Source of the DNA: Macrostomum lignano
Taxonomy: Eukaryota
Assembly: GCA_002269645.1 (NCBI GenBank)
Contig: NIVC01000553.1
Coordinates: 280,554 to 344,553 of the forward strand
Direction: 5' to 3'
DNA length: 64,000 nt
Shown: piece after piece, positions 11,693-22,534 of the stretch
How positions within the stretch are numbered: the stretch's first letter is position 1
Layout: each line of letters starts with the position of its first letter
Translations under genes and position numbers: made by a program
Notes under the pieces: generated by a model
The model's input: the letters and a program-made list of their open reading frames with translations, nothing else
Database searches by the model: none
What the model was told of the DNA's origin: nothing

Positions 11693-12902
11693 ATTGGGAA
11701 TACAATCCTAAGATTCCAGGATCCCAAAATCCTAGGATTAGGCCTAAATCCTGGGATTCTAAATCCTAGGATCATAATTGTCTGGGATTAAAAAATCCAG
11801 GGATTGACCATTAGGTTGCAATAATTAGGTTCCTAGTTTGCAATAATTCAATAATTCATTCTCAAATGATAGTATTTACAATTGGGCTATCATAACCTAT
11901 CTTGGCTATCTGTATTGCTTTGATTTATTAATCCTTTAAGCATAAAGGCTAATAAGAAGGCTAGGGTTGTAGGAATACAAAACTAAAGCTATTGGTAGAT
12001 TATGAGATTTTAGGTGCAATGATATATATAGGCGGATAGGCCTATGTAGCTATATATATGTTACTTGCAAACTAATGTAATTATTATTCAAAAACCTGTG
12101 AATAGAGCCTAAAGCAATAGAAGCCAATTCCTAATTGTTTCCTATCATAGCACTATAGCTTGCTAGATGAAGATCATCAAATCATTGTTCATTTGAACTC
12201 TCCCTCTATTTCAAACCTAGATAAAGTCAGGGGGTCTCAAGTCTTGACCTTGCATAGATCAAAAGCCTCCTATGCAAAAGACCTTATTCTCAGCACTGTC
12301 AAGGCACCATTTAGATGCCTAGAATAGGGTTAGTGGCAGAACTACTCAAATAGCCCCTGCCCTACCTTCAAAACTCTAGGCTGTAGTTAAGATTAGAACA
12401 GTGGGAGTTAGGACTTTGCTATCGGACTGCAACCAAAACTAGCAATTCTTTAATTAGGGCAGGAGGTGCAAGGTCTGATCCCTTTCTAACCTGATATTAG
12501 TACCTTGGGCCATGCATGTAGCTCTGTAAGTGTAAGCTATCATTCCCCAGGTTATATCACAATTTAGTGTGATTTTCCTAAGCTGATACTGGCATGTAAA
12601 AAAATCATGTCTATTATGCTAGCCTATATATCACACTCTAATTCAAAGCTCATTGTCAGTTTCTTGTTTGTAAAATATTTTATTCTATTGTACTTTTATC
12701 ATTGAAAGCCCTTTAAAATCATATTAGATAGCTTTGTAAACCAAAATTGCACCAACAAAAATGAGAAACCTTTTGATCCTGGCCAAATTTATTGCAATCC
12801 TGTATCCTGGGTAGGCCTAGTGATGAACTAAATATAGATTTTTGCAAGTTTCGAAAACCGAAACCAAATGTACGAAAAAATTCCAAAACCAAATCTGAAC
12901 AT

Positions 12903-12995
12903 CCAAGTGTGTTTCTGAATATAAAAGAGTAAAAGGTAAACAGCAGGAGTAACTTGATACCCTTCAGTGTCAAAAAGCCTTGTCATCTAATTAGT
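12903..12995 (+). pseudogene. Degenerate 28S rDNA-like fragment (H69-H71 region)
   Basis: GGTAAACAGCAGGAGTAACT and GCCTTGTCATCTAATTAGT match conserved 28S GGTAAACGGCGGGAGTAACT and GCCTCGTCATCTAATTAGT at roughly native spacing; upstream TTTCTGAATATAAAAGAG resembles CTCTGAATGTCAAAGTG. Confidence 0.6.
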
Positions 12996-13732
12996 AATTG
13001 TATTAATGCTGTAAATTAATTTATTGACAGGATTCAATCTATCTTGGGCTTTACTATATCTATCTAGTATCTGAATTGAATTGAACTTAGAATTGAACCT
13101 AATTCTTATATATCTAATCTAATTAATTCCAATTACTAATGCTAACTGACATTACATTTGTGCAATTTGATAACTTTACCATGTACATTGCATGTAAAGT
13201 CCATTGCATTTGCATTTTTAAAAAAAGTAATGATTACACTTAAACAATCCTATATACTAAAAATGAGTTGTCTGTATGTATGTGGGTAGGTATGCGATAG
13301 ATTTCAGAAAAAATGGCTCAACCGATTTTCTTCAAACTTGCACCATTCGATCAGAAATTTTCCTGGGACGGTACATGCATCTTGGCTAAGAAATTGCTCA
13401 ATGATAAAGGGATTAAATATTCGAAAAACATGCTTTTTTGCAAAGGTCAAGCAGCTCTTTCGACCTAAAATTCATTGTAAGAATGCTAGAGAAATAAACT
13501 GACTGGCTGAATTCTGATTGTCATAAAGATTGCATCATAACAAGTTGAAAACAGTGCCGAAAAAATGCACACACGACTTGATTTAAATTGCGTAACCAAT
13601 ATTGCTAACTCAAATTGAGACTGATACTGGCTGACTGAGAAATTGATTATGTCATAACTTTTTACCCCAATTGACTTGCTGTAAGAATTGAATTATAAGG
13701 GCCACAATTCATGTTCTCCAATTGAAAAGAGA

Positions 13733-13788
13733 TAGCCTATATACGAACAGACTGGACTGCCAACGTAGCGACCTGGGTTCGAATCTTA
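13733..13788 (+). other. tRNA/SINE-head-like fragment
   Basis: AGCGACCTGGGTTCGAATC contains a B box and resembles the head of the SINE at 19257-19619 (AGCGACCCAGGCTCGATTC). Confidence 0.3.
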
Positions 13789-13849
13789 GTAGTGAAAAAT
13801 AATTTTTTTATTAAAACACCTTGAAAACACGAAACTGCTAAACATAAAA

Positions 13850-14765
13850 AATCACAATGTCAAACATAAAAGAGGCACCATGTCAAACATTACATGGGCA
13901 CCATGTAAAACATATACGTGACTCTATGTCAAACATTAAAGAGCCACCATGTAAAACATAAAAGAGTCACCATTTCGAACATTAAAGAGCCACCACGTCG
14001 AACATTAAAGTGCCACCATGTCAAACGTAAAAGAGCCACCATTCCAAACATAAAAGAGCCACTATGTCGAACATTAAAGAGCCACCATTTCGAACATAAA
14101 AGAATCACCATATCGAACATAAAACAGCCACAATGTAGAATATTAAAGAGCCACTATGTCGAACATTAAAAAGCCACCGTGTCAAACACTAAAGAGCCAC
14201 TATTTCGAACATTAAAGAGCCACTATGTCAAACATAAAAGAGCCACCATGTCGAACAATAAAGAGCCACCATATTTAGAATATTAAAGAGCCACCATATC
14301 AAACATTAAAGAGCCACTATGTCAAACATAAAAGAGCCACCATGTCGAACATTAAAGAGCCACCATATTTAGAATATTAAAGAGCCACCATATCAAACAT
14401 TAAAGAGCCACTATGTCAAACGTAAAAGTGACTTTATGTCAAACATATCAGTGACTTTATGTCAAACATATAAGTGTTTTTATGTCAAACATTAAAGAAC
14501 CACCATTTCGAACATTAAAGAGCCACCATTTCGAACATTAAAGAGCCACCATGTCAAACATTAAAGAGCCACCATGTCAAACATAAATGAGCCACCATGT
14601 CAAACATAAAAGAGGCACCATGTTAACATAAAAGAGCCACCATGTCAAACATAAGAGAGCAACCATGTCAAGCATAAAATCTACACAATTTCAAACGTAA
14701 AAGTATTGCCAGCCAATGCCAATTTTAAGTCATGCCAATTTTAAAGGAGCCACTATAAAGCTAAG
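13850..14765. repeat. Satellite A block 1: ~21-bp AAAGAGCCACCATGTCAAACAT
   Basis: Degenerate tandem 20-22-mers. Confidence 0.93.
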
Positions 14766-14794
14766 GAAATTTTCGCACTAGCTACTTATTGTCC

Positions 14795-15430
14795 GGTGGA
14801 TGCTTGCTATTTGGGGATACTTGCTATCTGGGGGGGGGGTGCTTGCTATCTGGGGGATGCTTGCTATCTGGGATGCTTGCTATCTGGGGGATGCTTGCTA
14901 CCTGGTATCTGGGGGATGCTTGCTATCTGGGATGCTTGCTATCTGGGGGATGCTTGCTACCTGGTATCTGGGGGATGCTTGCTATCTGGGATGCTTGCTA
15001 TCTGGGGGATGCTTGCTATCTAGGGGTGCTTGCTATCTGGGGATGCTTGCTATCTGGGATGCTTGCTATCTGGGGGATGCTTGCTATCTGGGGGATGCTT
15101 GCTATCTGGGATGCTTGCTATCTGGAGGATGCTTGCTATCTGGGGGTGCTTGCTATCTGGGTGATGCTTGCTATCTGGGGGATGCTTGCTATCTGGGGAA
15201 TGCTTGCTATCTGGGGGATGCTTGCTATCTGGGGGATGCTTGCTATCTGGGGGGTACTTGCTATCTGGGGGATGCTTGTTATCTGGGGGATGCTTGCTAT
15301 CTGGGGGATGCTTGCTATCTGGGGGGTGCTTGTTATCTGGGGGATGCTTGCTATCTGGGGGGTGCTTGCTATCTGGGTGATGCTTGCTATCTGGGGGATG
15401 CTTTCTCTCTGGGTGATGCTTGCTGTCTTG
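14795..15430. repeat. Satellite B block 1: ~17-18-bp GATGCTTGCTATCTGGGG
   Basis: Direct tandem repeats with variable G-run. Confidence 0.95.
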
Positions 15431-15504
15431 GGATGATTTCTTTTTGCATTGCACTTCATTTGAGCAGTTTGTCGGTTTTCTTTGTGAAGGTTTTTTTGTA
15501 TGTC

Positions 15505-17140
15505 GAATATTAAACAGCCACCATGTCAAACATAAAAGAGACACCATGACAAACATTAAAGAGCCACCATGTCAAACATTAAAGAGCCACCACGTCAAAC
15601 ATTAAAGAGCCACCATGTCGAACATAAAAAGAGCCACTATGTCAAACAAACACGTGACTCCATCTCAAACATTAAAGAGCCACTATTTCAAACATAAAAG
15701 AGCTACCATGTCAGACATAAAAGAGCTACCATGTAAAATATACAAAAGCCTTCATGTCAAACATAAAACAGCCACATATACGTGACTTAATGTCAAACCT
15801 TAAGGAGCCACCATGTCGAACATTAAAGAGCCACCATGTCGAACATTAAAGAGCTACCATCTCAAACATAAAAGAGTCACCATGCCAAACATAAAAGAGC
15901 CACCATGTCAAACATAAAAGAGCCACCATTTTAAACATATACGTGACTCCATGTCAAACATTAAAGCGCCATCATGTCAAACATATATGTGACTGCATGT
16001 CAAACATAGAAGAGCCACCATGTCAAACATAGAAGAGACACCATGTCAAACATAAAGAGCCACCATGTAAAATATAAAAGAGATACTATGTAAAATATAA
16101 AAGGGCCATCATGCCAAACATTTACGTGACTCAATGTCAAACATTAAAGAGCCACCATATCGAACATTAAAGAGCCACCATGTTAAACATAAAAGAGCCA
16201 CCATGTCAAACATAGAAGAGACACCATGTCAAACATAGAAGAGACACCATGTCAAACATAAAGAGCCACCATGTAAAATATAAAAGAGCTACTATGTAAA
16301 ATATAAAAGGGCCATCATGTCAAACATTTACGTGACTCAATGTCAAACATTAAAGAGCCACCATATCGAACATTAAAGAGCCACCATGTTAAACATAAAA
16401 GAGCCACCATGTCAAACATAGAAGAGACACCATGTCAAACATAGAAGAGACACCATGTCAAACATAAAGAGCCACCATGTAAAATATAAAAGAGCTACTA
16501 TGTAAAATATAAAAGGGCCATCATGTCAAACATTTACGTGACTCAATGTCAAACATTAAAGAGCCACCATATCGAACATTAAAGAGCCACCATGTTAAAC
16601 ATAAAAGAGCCACCATGTCAAACATAGAAGAGACACCATGTCAAACATAGAAGAGACACCATGTCAAACATAAAGAGCCACCATGTAAAATATAAAAGAG
16701 CTACTATGTAAAATATAAAAGGGCCATCATGTCAAACATTTACGTGACTCAATGTCAAACATTAAAGAGCCACCATATCGAACATTAAAGAGCCACCATG
16801 CCAAACATAAAAGAGCCACCATGTCAAACATATACGTGACTCCATGTCAAACATTAAAGCGCCATCATGTCAAACATATATGTGACTGCATGTCAAACAT
16901 AAAAGAGCCACCATGTCAAACAACTAAGCTACCATGTCAAACAAAGAAGAGACACCATATCAAACATAGAAGAGCCACCATGTCAAACATAACAGAGACA
17001 ACATTTCAAATGTAAAAGGGCCGCCATGGTAAACATAGAAGAGCCACTATGTCAACATTAAAGAGCCACCTTTTTAAACATAAAAGAGACACCGTTTCAA
17101 ACATAAAAGAAGTGTCATGCCAAACAAAATGGAGCCACTA
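15505..17140. repeat. Satellite A block 2 with a 206-bp higher-order repeat
   Basis: Marker ATGTAAAATATAAAAGAG at 16065, 16271, 16477, 16683 (period 206). Confidence 0.93.
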
Positions 17141-17179
17141 TAAATCTAAGGAAATATCTGCACTAGCTACTTTCTCTGG

Positions 17180-17635
17180 TGGATGCTTGCTATTTAAGGA
17201 TGGATACTTGCTATCAAGGGGATGCTTGCTATTGGGAGATGCTTACTCTTGGGGGTGGAGGGTACTTGCTATCTAAGAGGGGTTGCTAGATATCTATAAG
17301 GTCTCTTTGTATCCAGGTTAATGCTTGCTATTTGGGGTTGCTTGCGGTCTGGGGGATGCTTGCTCTTGGTGGGTGGAGGGTACTTGCTATCTAAGAGGGG
17401 GTTGCTAGATATCTATAAGGTCTCTTTGTATCCAGGTTAATGCTTGCTATCTGGGGTTGCTTGCGGTCTGGGGGATGCTTGCTATTTGGGGGAGCTTGCT
17501 ATCTGGGGGATGCTTGCTATCAGGGGTTGCTTGCAGTCTGGGGGATGCTTGCTATCTGGGGTTGCTTGCAGTCTGGGGGATGCTTGCTATTTGGGGATCG
17601 ATGCTTGAATGCTGTCTGAGGATGCTTGCTGTCTT
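17180..17635. repeat. Satellite B block 2 (more degenerate)
   Basis: GATGCTTGCTAT(C/T)TGGGG units; internal ~120-bp duplication near 17255 and 17374. Confidence 0.9.
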
Positions 17636-18715
17636 GGGATGTTTTGTTTTTAGAGGGAATGTCTGTTGTTTTTTATGAAGGCTTTATTTTGCTGTCTATT
17701 TGTTATTTGTGAAGAACAAGGATTCTATCCAGATGTCCCCCATCGGGGGGCGAAGATTGCTAGTGATTACCTAAAAATGTTTCTGCAACTTTAGGTTGAA
17801 TGCCTCAAAGCTCTTAAAGTTAAATAACTTTATTTAATAACACTTTAAAAATATATATTATTGCAAAAATAGACAATTGTAAAAACAAGCAATATAATAT
17901 AAAATTTTTGATCTCTCGTTTTTATTTACTTTCTTTTTTCAAAAGTAGTATTTCTTTTATGTTTGCATAATTTTGTTTTGGTTTTTTGATTTTTTATATT
18001 TAGAAGCATATTCGGAACATTCAGATTTCTATAAAAGTGAGACTTTTTTCAGATTCGGATTCCAAATCTGAATATTTGGATCTATCATTAATCCTGGGAT
18101 TGGCAAAGTCTCCTAATCCCATGAATCTTGAGATTGGAAAAACTTGGGATTTTGTATTCCCTAAATCCCTAATGAGATGTTTGTTCTAGAGGTCTCCCAA
18201 GTTTTAATTTTTTTCAATATCCATTTTTAAAAATATATATATTGATTTTGTTTTGTATTTTGTCTAGAGACCCTAATATCCAAAAATTATATGCATAGGC
18301 CTAATTATATCTATAAATATAATAGTATTCTAACATTTCCTTGACTATACAAGCGTATTGCAAGAAACAATATTTACAATATAAAAATAGGACTAATCAC
18401 AACATATCTCTTATTCACCTTTATTGCTTTACAATGAGAAGGACACCTTAGATAAGTAACAATATTGTTGCCAATTGTTTATCAGAAAGGCACTTAGGCA
18501 AAAAGGATCTTCAGAAGATTTGTATCAATCATCAAATTTATGACTATGAGTAAGCTAAATATTAATATTTAGTCTGCAGACTTTTTTAGGCTGGAAAGAC
18601 CATAAAGTAAAAAGATAAGATTGTGGTATTGCTGTTTTATTTTATTTAAAAATTTTTTGTCTATAATGAGTTTGGTCTTTGGATAACAAATTGATGCTAA
18701 AGTTTTGCAAATTTT

Positions 18716-19174
18716 ATGGACAATCCAGCATCAATCAATCACAGTGCCCTAACCAGTGGAGTGGACTACTGTGTTGGTGGCAATTTTGATTTGCCTATAA
18801 TGGCATCGCCACCGCCTGTTCACCCAGTCAGATCTGTCACTCTGCTTCAGCCTAGCCAGCAGCAGCAGCAACAGAGTCTGCAACAGTTCAGTCTCACTGA
18901 CCCAGACCTGGACAGCCCCAACTGGCAATATGCTGATTCTGATGGCCTGCCGCCGCAACTTCTCATGTCGCTGTATGAGAAGATTGCATCCGAAGGTGTT
19001 GCACAGTTGGAGTGGCGTCGGCCCTCGGAACAGCAACCGCTGTCGCAGCAGCCTCAGCCTCATCCTCAGTCTACTCAGGGTCCGGCGTTTGTTGGCCAAA
19101 CAATTTTGATTGCTGCTCATCAGCATCAGCAGCAACATCAGCAGCAGCAGCAATACTTTTCTGTTAGCAAATAG
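18716..19174 (+). CDS. PAGR1/PA1-like protein (N-terminal conserved block) with poly-Gln, 152 aa
   Basis: DYCV and PPQLLMSLYEKIASEGVAQLEWRRP resemble recalled PAGR1 DWCV and [22 protein letters not shown]...RRP; C-terminal PAGR1 motifs not found. Confidence 0.5.
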   Translation: MDNPASINHSALTSGVDYCVGGNFDLPIMASPPPVHPVRSVTLLQPSQQQQQQSLQQFSLTDPDLDSPNWQYADSDGLPPQLLMSLYEKIASEGVAQLEWRRPSEQQPLSQQPQPHPQSTQGPAFVGQTILIAAHQHQQQHQQQQQYFSVSK

Positions 19175-19256
19175 AATTTTTGGAGTCCCCAAATCTTGGA
19201 GCTAAGAGTGTTAGAAGTCCCTAGATCCCAATGTTAGAAATTCCGAGGTCCTAATG

Positions 19257-19619
19257 TTTTTTTTTTATTAGAGGCGGGGGTTGTGTGTACCCTGGCGCAC
19301 TTTAAGCGACATTGACACACAACCGGCGAGAGGAATTACTGCCCATTCCGCCGACTCCCCTGAGCAGGCATACAAGCGCGCGGCTACGTACGCAGGCACA
19401 CACTCACACAGGAGTGTACAGCGGCCCTAAGTTTATATTATCGTTAGGCATGTACACTTCACTGTGCCTTGGGGGGTTGGCTCTCAAGGCCGTTAATTGC
19501 ACGAGCAGAGCCAAGCCGAGATTCCAATTCAGCCCCAAATTAATGTGACTGCACTTGGAATCGAGCCTGGGTCGCTGGCACACCAGAGCCTGCGCTAGAC
19601 CGCTGGGCTACGGCCCCCC
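19257..19619 (-). mobile_element. tRNA-derived SINE (~360 bp)
   Basis: Minus strand: A box TAGCCCAGCGG, B box GGCTCGATTCC, 3' AATAAAAAAAAAA tail; flanked by GAGGTC(T/C)... GAGGTCCTAATGT and GAGGTCCCAATGT (13-bp TSD-like, one mismatch, within a degenerate repeat). Confidence 0.8.
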
Positions 19620-19701
19620 TTGAGGTCCCAATGTTAGAAGTCGGGAGATCCCAAGGTTAAAAGTCCCAAGATCCCAAGGTTAAAAGTTCCAAGATCCCAA
19701 G

Positions 19702-19966
19702 CATACATGCGCAACCTCCAAAATTCGGTCGGCCGTGCGACTTAGTTTTTGGCCAAAAATGCGACTTACATGTAAAAAAAATCCTAAAGAAAAATTAATG
19801 CAACTTTGGGTAAACGGCAGGAGTAACTATGACTGTCTTATTTACGCAACATGCCTCGTCATCCACTTAGTACTACTTAGGTATTTATTCGGGTAGGCAT
19901 TTTTGCGACTTCCTTGGTTGGCCGCCAAATCGGTCGGCCAGATCGGCCGACTTTTGCGCATGTATG
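19702..19966. mobile_element. hAT-type MITE copy 2 (265 bp) containing a 28S rRNA-like segment
   Basis: Same TIRs (CATACATGCGCAA / TTGCGCATGTATG); perfect 8-bp TSD ATCCCAAG (19694-19701, 19967-19974); 28S-like tract 19808-19871. Confidence 0.9.
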
Positions 19967-20614
19967 ATCCCAAGGTTAGAAGTTCCAAGATCCCAACGTT
20001 AGAAGTCCCGAGATTCCGGAGCTAAGAGTCCCATTATTTACTGGTCTTTTGACCAGTAAAAGGGTTCCAAAAAAATTAATTGATAGCTATTTAATTATTG
20101 CTTCTCTTTTCTTAAAAAACTTGAGATTCTTTATTCAGTGTTTAATTCTTCCCTTTATGATATTGCCTTCCAGGTGTTTTGCTTTGATGCAGATTTCTTT
20201 CACTTTATTTATGTTTTGTTATTCGTTACTGCAAGTAGGCTGATGCAGCTATAGCGAGTTTTTACTCTTTTATTTATTTTTAATCAGTTTATAAATTTTC
20301 ATTGCCTTTTTCGCGGTTATCCTGAGCAATTGCAGCAAGAAATTCTGTGATTTTTTTACATTTGTAGTTCAACTATTAATTAATTTAATTGATCAAATAC
20401 GCAACTATTGATCTCAGAATTATATTGTGTAGTCTACATTCAACTGAATTTCTAATTGTTTTGCCTTGCATCCGTGTGTATGAATATCTATCCAAATATA
20501 CTACTTGTAGAAATTGTAATCTATTTTTACTTTTTTTACTAAAACCTTTAGTTGGGTTTAATAACTATTGGGCAGGCAAATACTTCTGACATTTCTTTCG
20601 TTATTATGATAACC

Positions 20615-21930
20615 TATGCCACCCTATCTAGCGTCACTTTTGGCGCCACCCTATTTAGCGCCACTTTCGGCGCCACCCTATCCAGCGTCACTTTTGGCGC
20701 CACCCTATCCAGCGTCACTTTTGGCGCCACCCTATCTAGCGTCACTTTGGGCGCCACCCTATTTAGCGCCACTTTCGGCGCCACCCTATCCAGCGTCACT
20801 TTTGGCGCCACCCTATCCAGCGTCAATTTTGGCGCCACCCTATCCAGCGTCACTTTCGGCGCCACCCTATCCAAGCGTCACTTTCGGCGCCACCCTATCC
20901 AAGCGTCACTTTCGGCGCCACCCTATCCAAGCGTCACTTTCGGCGCCACCCTATCCAGCGTCACTTTTGGCGCCACCCTATCTAGCGTCACTTTTGGCGC
21001 CACCCTATCCAGCGTCACTTTGGGCGCCACCCTATCTAGCGTCACTTTTGGCGCCACCCTATCCAGCGTCACTTTTGGTGCCACCCTATCTAGCGTCACT
21101 TTTGGCGCCACCCTATCCAGCGTCACTTTGGGCGCCACCCTATTTAGCGCCACTTTCGGCGCCACCCTATCCAGCGTCACTTTTGGCGCCACCCTATCTA
21201 GCGTCACTTTCGGCGCCACCCTATCCAGCGTCACTTTTGGCGCCACCCTATCCAGCGTCATTTTCGGCGCCACCCTATCCAGTGTCACTTTTGGCGCCAC
21301 CCTATTTAGCGCCACTTTCGGCACCACCCTATCTAGCGTCACTTTCGGCGCCACGGCGCCACCCTATCCAGCGTCACTTTCGGCGCCACCCTATCTAGCG
21401 TCACTTTCGGCGCCACCCTATCCAGCGTCACTTTCGGCGCCACCCTATCCAAGCGTCACTTTCGGCGCCACCCTATCTAGCGTCACTTTCGGCGCCACCC
21501 TATCTAGCGTCACTTTCGGCGCCACCCTATCTAGCGTCACTTTCGGCGCCACCCTATCTAGCGTCACTTTCGGCGCCACCCTATCCAGCGTCACTTTGGG
21601 CGCCACCCTATCCAGCGTCACTTTCGGCGCCACCCTATCTAGCGTCACTTTCGGCGCCACCCTATCCAAGCGTCACTTTCGGCGCCACCCTATCCAGCGT
21701 CACTTTCGGCGCCACCCTATCTAGCGTCACTTTGGGCGCCACCCTATCCAGCGTCACTTTCGGCGCCACCCTATCCAGCGTCACTTTCGGCGCCACCCTA
21801 TCCAGCGTCACTTTTGGCGCCACCCTATCCAGCGTCACTTTTGGCGCCACCCTATCCAGCGTCACTTTTGGCGCCACCCTATCCAGCGTCACTTTTGGCG
21901 CCACCCTATTCAGCGCCACTTTCGGCACCA
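20615..21930. repeat. 27-bp minisatellite GGCGCCACCCTATCCAGCGTCACTTT(C/T) (~48 units)
   Basis: 9-codon periodicity (GATLSSVTF) in the ORF track. Confidence 0.95.
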
Positions 21931-22534
21931 CTCTGTCTGCTACTCCATAATAAATGTACTTTTCATGTGCATTCATAAGGGGAATGGGATGCATTTTTCG
22001 CTTTCACGCATGACGCAGCACAAGGAAGCCTTAGAGAGATCATTGCCACCCTCTAAACAGTGGGCTATTATTAATGGATACTTCAGTCTGCATCCTTACG
22101 AGGTGCTCATGCATGCTCATGGCTGTTGACATCGCTCAGCAGTCCCCTCTCAAGGTGTGGGGCGACTCACGAATACACATATGCATTTATGAAGTTGATT
22201 GGCTTAGGAGGAAAATTGCTAAGTGTTGCTTGCCTGGTTTAGTTGTGTCATTAGTTGCTGCTGAGTCTCTTTCACGTCGTATGGTTAACCTGGATTCTCT
22301 GTCGTAGTGTGGGGCACTTACTTAGAGAGGCCCCGTGCTGTCAGCTCTCGTGCGTCTCATGCTGCAAGCGTTAATTTGATGCACTTTTTATTTATTTGCA
22401 CTTTCCTGTCTACAGAGACACCGATTCAGTTGCTTGCCTGTTATTGCTTGCTAATTTGGGCCTGCATCATGCAGGTGCGTGCTTGTTGATGCTTGGATGC
22501 AATGGAGAAAAATTAAGAGATCTTGCAGGTTGTT

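Larger units (their letters stand above)
13248..17763 (+). mobile_element. Non-autonomous Helitron-like element enclosing a composite satellite
   Basis: 5' A|TCCTATATACTAAAAATGAGTTGTCTGTATGTATG...GGCTCAACCGATTTTCTTCAAACTT (typical invertebrate non-autonomous Helitron start); 3' C-run/ATC/G-run hairpin (~17737-17750), then CTAG at 17760-17763 followed by T. Confidence 0.6.
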
